From contig JACPDA010000004.1 in NCBI GenBank assembly GCA_016184225.1, forward strand, positions 6,800 through 70,799: a DNA stretch of 64,000 nucleotides, written 5' to 3'. The position numbers and the translations under genes were made by a program. The stretch is from Candidatus Daviesbacteria bacterium (GTDB lineage: Bacteria; Patescibacteriota; Microgenomatia; Daviesbacterales; UBA10151). The notes beneath the pieces are model-generated. The model searched no databases. It was not told where the DNA came from and saw nothing but the letters and a program-made list of their open reading frames with translations. Position 1 is the first letter of the stretch. Each line of letters begins with the position of its first letter. Of the stretch, positions 59,095 through 64,000 are shown one piece after another.

Positions 59095-60471
59095 ATGCTT
59101 TCTACTGATAAATTTTTAGAAAAAGTGGCTGGTGCTCCGGCAGAGGTCTTGGATAAAACCATTGATACCTCAAAAAAAATTACTAAAGTGTTTATTTCCC
59201 GAAAACAACTAGGCCAAGCTAGAGACTATTGGAAATCTTTAGGTCCGGGGCTGACCACCGGGGCGGCTGATGATGACCCCTCCGGCATTACCACTTATTC
59301 TCAAGCCGGAGCAGCTTATGGCTTTAATTTTTTATGGCTGGCCGGCTTTACTTTTCCTTTAATGTCAGTGGTGCAGGAAATGTGTGCCCGCATTGGCCTG
59401 GTGACCGGCCGAGGCCTGGCAGCCAATATCAGGCAATACTATCCTAAATGGGTTTTATACATTGCCACATTGCTTTTATTTTCTGCCAATACATTAAACA
59501 TCGGCGCAGATTTAGGCGCCATGGCCAAAGCTACCCAACTGCTCTTTCCGGATGTCCGGTTTACAACATTAATCTTAGGCTTTACCATGATTACTTTAGC
59601 TCTCCAAATATTCACCACTTATGAAAAGTATGCCAAATACTTAAAGTGGCTAGCCTTAGTACTTTTGTCATATGTTTTCTCCGCCCTAACTATTGACATA
59701 AACTGGAACGAGGTAATACAAAAAGCAGTTATACCGACTATTGTTTTTTCCAAAGACCAAATCTTTTTAATTACGGCAGTACTGGGTACCACCATCTCTC
59801 CTTACTTATTCTTCTGGCAAACCTCACAAGAGGTGGAGGAACAAATCCTAGAAGGCAAAACCACCTTAAAACTTCGCCGGGAAGAAACTACTCCAGGGGA
59901 AGTTAAAAATATGAGAATGGATGTTTGGTCAGGAATGTTTTTATCGAACTTGGTAATGTTTTTTATCATAGCTGCTGCTGCAGCTACACTTTTTGCTCAT
60001 GGCATTACCAATATCACCACAGCTGCCGAGGCTGCAGAGGCGCTGCGGCCAATTGCCGGAGAACGGGCGTACCTGCTTTTTGCATTAGGCATTATCGGAA
60101 CAGGTATGCTGGCAGTGCCTATTTTGGCAGGATCGGCTTCCTATGCCCTCTCCGAAAGTTTTGGCTGGAAATTTGGGCTGTATAGAAGACTCCGGGAAGC
60201 AAATGCTTTTTATGGAATCATCATCATTTCCACAGGCATAGGACTGGTTATTAACCTCCTAGGGTTTGATTCTATTAAAGTATTAATTTATTCTGCTGTT
60301 TTTAACGGTTTAATAGCTCCGGTGGTATTGGTGCTGATAGTTCTAATGAGCACAAATGCTAAAATTATGGGCAGATGGGTTAACGGTAAAATCACCACCT
60401 TTTTTGGGTGGTTCATTGTAGCTTTAATGACCCTGGCAGGATTGGCCACCATCATCTCTTTGGTTATGTAA
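59095..60471 (+). CDS. NRAMP-family divalent metal transporter
   Basis: GPGLTTGAADDDPSG, GTTISPY. Confidence 0.9.
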   Translation: MLSTDKFLEKVAGAPAEVLDKTIDTSKKITKVFISRKQLGQARDYWKSLGPGLTTGAADDDPSGITTYSQAGAAYGFNFLWLAGFTFPLMSVVQEMCARIGLVTGRGLAANIRQYYPKWVLYIATLLLFSANTLNIGADLGAMAKATQLLFPDVRFTTLILGFTMITLALQIFTTYEKYAKYLKWLALVLLSYVFSALTIDINWNEVIQKAVIPTIVFSKDQIFLITAVLGTTISPYLFFWQTSQEVEEQILEGKTTLKLRREETTPGEVKNMRMDVWSGMFLSNLVMFFIIAAAAATLFAHGITNITTAAEAAEALRPIAGERAYLLFALGIIGTGMLAVPILAGSASYALSESFGWKFGLYRRLREANAFYGIIIISTGIGLVINLLGFDSIKVLIYSAVFNGLIAPVVLVLIVLMSTNAKIMGRWVNGKITTFFGWFIVALMTLAGLATIISLVM

Positions 60472-60476
60472 CTTAA

Positions 60477-60752
60477 CTACCTTTTCCTGTAAACCTCATC
60501 ATGAGTGCCTATTTTGTAGAAAAAATATTCCTCATCAGTTTCTATGTAAATTATCCTAAAGCTTTTAGTTATGGACATACTCCAGGAATTTTTAATCTCT
60601 CTTGTTATTTTATGAAGTCTTAAGGATTTAAGTTTAGGATTTTGCTGAAACAACTCTAATTGCTTTAGTATTCTTTTATAAAGTTGATTATCCTTCTTTT
60701 GGATTTCATTTAGCTTTCTAAGAACATCTGTACTGAATTTTAGAGATTTCAC
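60477..60752 (-). CDS. RelE/YafQ-like toxin
   Basis: SLRLHK, FRIIY, IGTHDEVY. Confidence 0.8.
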   Translation of the reverse strand: MKSLKFSTDVLRKLNEIQKKDNQLYKRILKQLELFQQNPKLKSLRLHKITREIKNSWSMSITKSFRIIYIETDEEYFFYKIGTHDEVYRKR

Positions 60753-61012
60753 AAATTCTTTAGATATTTATCTAATTCCTCTATATTATTGAATGTGACT
60801 GCTTTGTCTTTATTCTTTAAGGCTCTTTTGTATGCTTTAATAGTAGCGTCAGAGGCTTCAAATTCCGGATATTCCATGTTTTCCACATCTCTAACAATCA
60901 GATGTCTGACATAAGTAGCAAGGGGCAGGCCAAATCTCTGGGCTCTGCTTTCCAGGAAATCTTTTAGAGCTAACGGTAAGTTTATTTTTATCTGAGATTG
61001 TTGAGTAATCAT
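60749..61012 (-). CDS. Antitoxin (RHH-like)
   Basis: Coupled upstream of the toxin. Confidence 0.7.
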   Translation of the reverse strand: MITQQSQIKINLPLALKDFLESRAQRFGLPLATYVRHLIVRDVENMEYPEFEASDATIKAYKRALKNKDKAVTFNNIEELDKYLKNL

Positions 61013-61075
61013 AAAATGATGATATCACCAATTTCAGGACTTTTCAAGGACTAAAATAAGTGGTATTATTCAGGA

Positions 61076-61243
61076 ATGAAAACGCAGTGCCCATCATGTA
61101 GACAATATAAAGAATCCACCAAACCCAGATTCGCAGGGAAAGAATATATGAGAAATCCGGAATCTAATACTCCACAGCTTACCACTAAAACATTTATCCT
61201 CTGTGATGATTGTGCAAAAAAGCTTGGATTGGGTCTAAAATAA
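61076..61243 (+). CDS. 55-aa zinc-ribbon protein (below ORF-track cutoff)
   Basis: MKTQCPSC...LCDDCAKKLGLGLK*. Confidence 0.55.
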   Translation: MKTQCPSCRQYKESTKPRFAGKEYMRNPESNTPQLTTKTFILCDDCAKKLGLGLK

Positions 61244-61245
61244 TT

Positions 61246-61577
61246 TGGTTGCGGGGGGGAGAGTTGAACTCCCTGCCTCAAGATTATGCTCTCCTGAAAG
61301 AGTAGACTATACCATCATCCCTTTAAACGGATGTCCAGCGTATAATTTCAGTTTAGATTCCAGAATATCTGGTACCTGAAATATAAGCAAAGCTTGATAG
61401 CTTCGCTATTAAGTCGTTACAGGGTACATTTATGTAAACTAAACGTACTTCCCACGGTATTACCATTTAATTGATCTTTTTCTAAAGGTTTCACCGTTAT
61501 GAGCTGGATTCTCTCCGATAATTACTCATCGGAGGGCCCAAATTGAGCCTTGTGTGCAGCCGTTACACTTCCCCGCA
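61246..61577 (-). tRNA. tRNA-Met(CAU), initiator-like acceptor stem, split by an intron
   Basis: Exon 1 61546..61577 ends CAAGGCT; exon 2 61246..61288 CATAATCTTG...CCCCGCAACCA. Confidence 0.85.
61289..61545 (-). ncRNA. Group I intron (257 nt, no ORF)
   Basis: Inserted after U33, P1 with U.G at the splice site, ACGACT/TATAGTC P7-like pair, terminal G. Confidence 0.85.
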
Positions 61578-61604
61578 GGCATATTATAGCATAGAATATG
61601 TTGT

Positions 61605-61847
61605 ATGTGGTTTCTCTATATTCTCCTTTGTAAAGATGGAAGTCTTTATACTGGAATATCAAACAACGTAGAAAAAAGATTTTCCGAGCACAAAAATGGC
61701 AAAGGAGGAAGATACACCAGGTCACATAAACCTATTAGGTTAGTTTACCAAGAACAATTGCGAAACCATACAGAAGCTTTAAGAAGAGAATGTGAAATTA
61801 AAAGTTGGACCAGGGCAAAGAAGATTAAAGTTCTAGAGTTTGACTAG
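61605..61847 (+). CDS. Small GIY-YIG nuclease
   Basis: LYIL...LYTG, RFSEH, ALRRE. Confidence 0.9.
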   Translation: MWFLYILLCKDGSLYTGISNNVEKRFSEHKNGKGGRYTRSHKPIRLVYQEQLRNHTEALRRECEIKSWTRAKKIKVLEFD

Positions 61848-61874
61848 TAAATAGAACGTGTTAAAATAACAGCC

Positions 61875-62210
61875 ATGTCTAAAGAGAAAGATGCAACGAA
61901 TAATGAACCAACGCTGGAGCAGCTTAAGTCAGCGTCCCCTGCAGATCTAATACGATCCTTAGCCATAAGACTCTTACAGCCTGAAGAGCAGCCTGGAGAG
62001 CAAATAAGAGTAATTGACCCACTAGCCAAACACGGCGATATCTCTCTTGTAGTGGAACTCGGAAAAAGAGTAGATTACTTCACTCCTCAAGATGTAGAAG
62101 CGGCTTCCGCAATACTTGCTACCATTAATTGGGAAAGCCTACCTCCCCAGGGATATCTCCCTGAAGCAGCTAGATGGTTAAACAAAGAGATTGCACTCAT
62201 CCTCACTTAA
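61875..62210 (+). CDS. Hypothetical protein
   Basis: 111-aa ORF. Confidence 0.5.
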   Translation: MSKEKDATNNEPTLEQLKSASPADLIRSLAIRLLQPEEQPGEQIRVIDPLAKHGDISLVVELGKRVDYFTPQDVEAASAILATINWESLPPQGYLPEAARWLNKEIALILT

Positions 62211-62553
62211 AAAAGACCTTCCACCAACCTAGCCAGTTTGGATATCTGATTTGGGCCGGGGAGCTGGCTCCCAGAACCAGCTTTAACTTTTCCTCCGGAA
62301 TAATAACCACTGTCTCCCCTGGCTTGGCAAATCCCAACCTATTTCTGATTTCTTCTTCCAAAAACTCCGGTGATTGAATCCGGGCCAGCTTCTCCTTTAA
62401 AGACCTATTGCGAACTTCCAATTGATATACCACATCTGCGGATTGAGACAGCCTCTCTCCGGATTTAATTGCCTCAAAAATTTGCCTAATCAAATTATAG
62501 GCGATTATTAAAATCACCAAGACAATAAACCCTAAAGCGATTTTTTTAAGCAT
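62203..62553 (-). CDS. Septum formation initiator (FtsB/DivIC-like; probable start MLKK)
   Basis: TM, coiled coil, EIRNRLGFAKPGE. Confidence 0.8.
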   Translation of the reverse strand: MLKKIALGFIVLVILIIAYNLIRQIFEAIKSGERLSQSADVVYQLEVRNRSLKEKLARIQSPEFLEEEIRNRLGFAKPGETVVIIPEEKLKLVLGASSPAQIRYPNWLGWWKVFFK

Positions 62554-62598
62554 TTTACCCCCTTGACAAATATGACCTATAACATTAAGATACACACT

Positions 62599-63462
62599 AT
62601 GATTACTTTACGCGATGCACACCAGCAATTTATAGGTCACCTAAAAAACAAATCCAGAGCTTCTGCTACTATCTTAGCCTATGGCAAAGACATTGAGCAA
62701 CTGGTTAATTTTCTGCGAGACCAGGGTAAAACTGACCCTATTACAGTGGAAACTGTTGATCTTTCTGCCTTCATGCAAAAACTGGCAGATGAACATTATA
62801 CCCCGAAATCAATATCGCGAAAAACCAACTCCACCAAAACCTTTTTTAAATTCTTAAAAACTTCCAATTTGATCACTAATGATTCAGCTACCGGCTTGGA
62901 CCATCCTAAATTCGAAAATAAACCACCCAGGATTTTAACCAAACTGGAATACAGAAGCTTGCGGGATGCCTCCAGAGGAGATCTCCGAATGTCTGCTGTC
63001 ATAGAAATACTCCTTCAAACCGGAATTAGGATTGGTGAATTGGCCAAGCTTCGTGTAGAAGATATCAACCTGGAAAATCTCACCCTGCATGTTCCCCTAT
63101 TTGAAGATACTAGGGAAAGAATAATCCCTTTAAATAAACCTGCAGCTGAAGCCGTTAAAAATTACCTTCCCCATCGGGCTAAAACAGCTAACCATGCCTT
63201 GTTTGTGACCAAAACCGGCCGCCCACTCCTCATTAGGAATATCAGAACTGCTATTGATAGATACTTTAGGGTAGCAGGGATTAAAGATGCCAAGTTGAAT
63301 GATTTAAGGCATACTTGGGTGGCTTTTCAGCTGCAAGCCGGAGTACCTATGACTATGGTGTCCAAGTTAGCCGGTCACAAAAGGCTTTCCACCACTGAAA
63401 AATACCTGCAATTTATCACCGGCCAAAACGGTGAAACTAAAGTCAAATTAGAAGAGCTGTAA
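62599..63462 (+). CDS. Tyrosine recombinase, XerC/D-like (probable start MITL)
   Basis: TGIRIGEL, DLRHT, LAGH, TTEKY. Confidence 0.88.
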   Translation: MITLRDAHQQFIGHLKNKSRASATILAYGKDIEQLVNFLRDQGKTDPITVETVDLSAFMQKLADEHYTPKSISRKTNSTKTFFKFLKTSNLITNDSATGLDHPKFENKPPRILTKLEYRSLRDASRGDLRMSAVIEILLQTGIRIGELAKLRVEDINLENLTLHVPLFEDTRERIIPLNKPAAEAVKNYLPHRAKTANHALFVTKTGRPLLIRNIRTAIDRYFRVAGIKDAKLNDLRHTWVAFQLQAGVPMTMVSKLAGHKRLSTTEKYLQFITGQNGETKVKLEEL

Positions 63463-63463
63463 T

Positions 63464-63820
63464 ATGCCAGAAAAAGCAAGAGTTTTTGCCGCAGAAGATG
63501 ACCCAGATTACCTTGATACTATGAAGATAGAGCTAGGGATAAAAGGTCACACTTTGGCTCTAACGGCCACCACATTAGAAGAGGCTCTTAAAGCTATCGA
63601 AACTTTTCCCACAGCGGGAATACAAATTGCTGCACTTGATGGTAATCTCAAAAGGGGTGTTAAGTCTGGATCTGATGGTCGTCAAATGGTAGCTGCAATA
63701 AGAAACATTTCTCCCAGTGTAAAAATAATCGGAATGTCTGGAGAATCGATGGAGGGTGTTGATATCGACTTGGGGAAAGACAGGATTTACGAACTTGGAA
63801 AAGTAGTTACAGAATTATAA
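63464..63820 (+). CDS. Stand-alone receiver-domain protein
   Basis: AEDD, ALDGNL, DG, IIGMS. Confidence 0.75.
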   Translation: MPEKARVFAAEDDPDYLDTMKIELGIKGHTLALTATTLEEALKAIETFPTAGIQIAALDGNLKRGVKSGSDGRQMVAAIRNISPSVKIIGMSGESMEGVDIDLGKDRIYELGKVVTEL

Positions 63821-63936
63821 TGATGGTGGGCGGACCAGGTTTTTGGTAGGCCCGGAAGGAAAATACACCCAATTTCTCGCATTTGCTCGAAATTGCCGAA
63901 CCCTCGTGAATTGTGTAAACACGCCCAATCAAAATT

Positions 63937-64000
63937 TGGTGGAACTGCCTGGATTCGAACCAGGAACCAAATGTGTATAAGACATTTGCTCTACCGTTGA
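63937..64000 (-). tRNA. tRNA-Ile(UAU), 5' end outside window
   Basis: AATGT-CT-TAT-AC-ACATT anticodon arm, GGTTCGAATCC, ends ACCA. Confidence 0.85.

Noticed and set aside
62599-63462. Prophage or island integrase
   Set aside because: Xer-sized, next to a cell-division gene, no phage genes or matched att pair seen

Overview
Bacterial chromosomal window, AT-rich and gene-dense, with no CRISPR array, prophage, rRNA or recognisable transposase. Gene content suggests Patescibacteria/CPR, probably Microgenomates (inference from an archaeal-type isopentenyl-phosphate kinase plus idi, ATP-dependent ligase, short PolA, a PaaX/Cas2-like orphan and many orphan ORFs). The backbone is mostly minus-strand housekeeping genes (tdh-kbl, pth, suhB, EndoQ-like, ligase, carAB-pyrB-pyrC, recF, mutM, fba-glpX, polA, ftsH, trpS, GlmU-like), interrupted by small cassettes (pflBA, TA pairs, orphans, a trehalose locus). 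Signals a standard annotation would miss: (1) 7-nt-periodic tracts, with AG-register left arms and CT-register right arms, written in frame into many core genes, sometimes apparently without net length change; (2) several families of short palindromes inserted in frame and nested in each other; (3) four cassettes, each followed by a diverged displaced copy of the 3' end of the upstream gene (kbl, a membrane protein, polA, ftsH); (4) a T-box riboswitch in front of an orphan ORF; (5) three leader-peptide/terminator attenuator candidates; (6) a group I intron in a tRNA(CAU) and a rare tRNA-Ile(UAU). All calls are by eye; no searches or folding were run.
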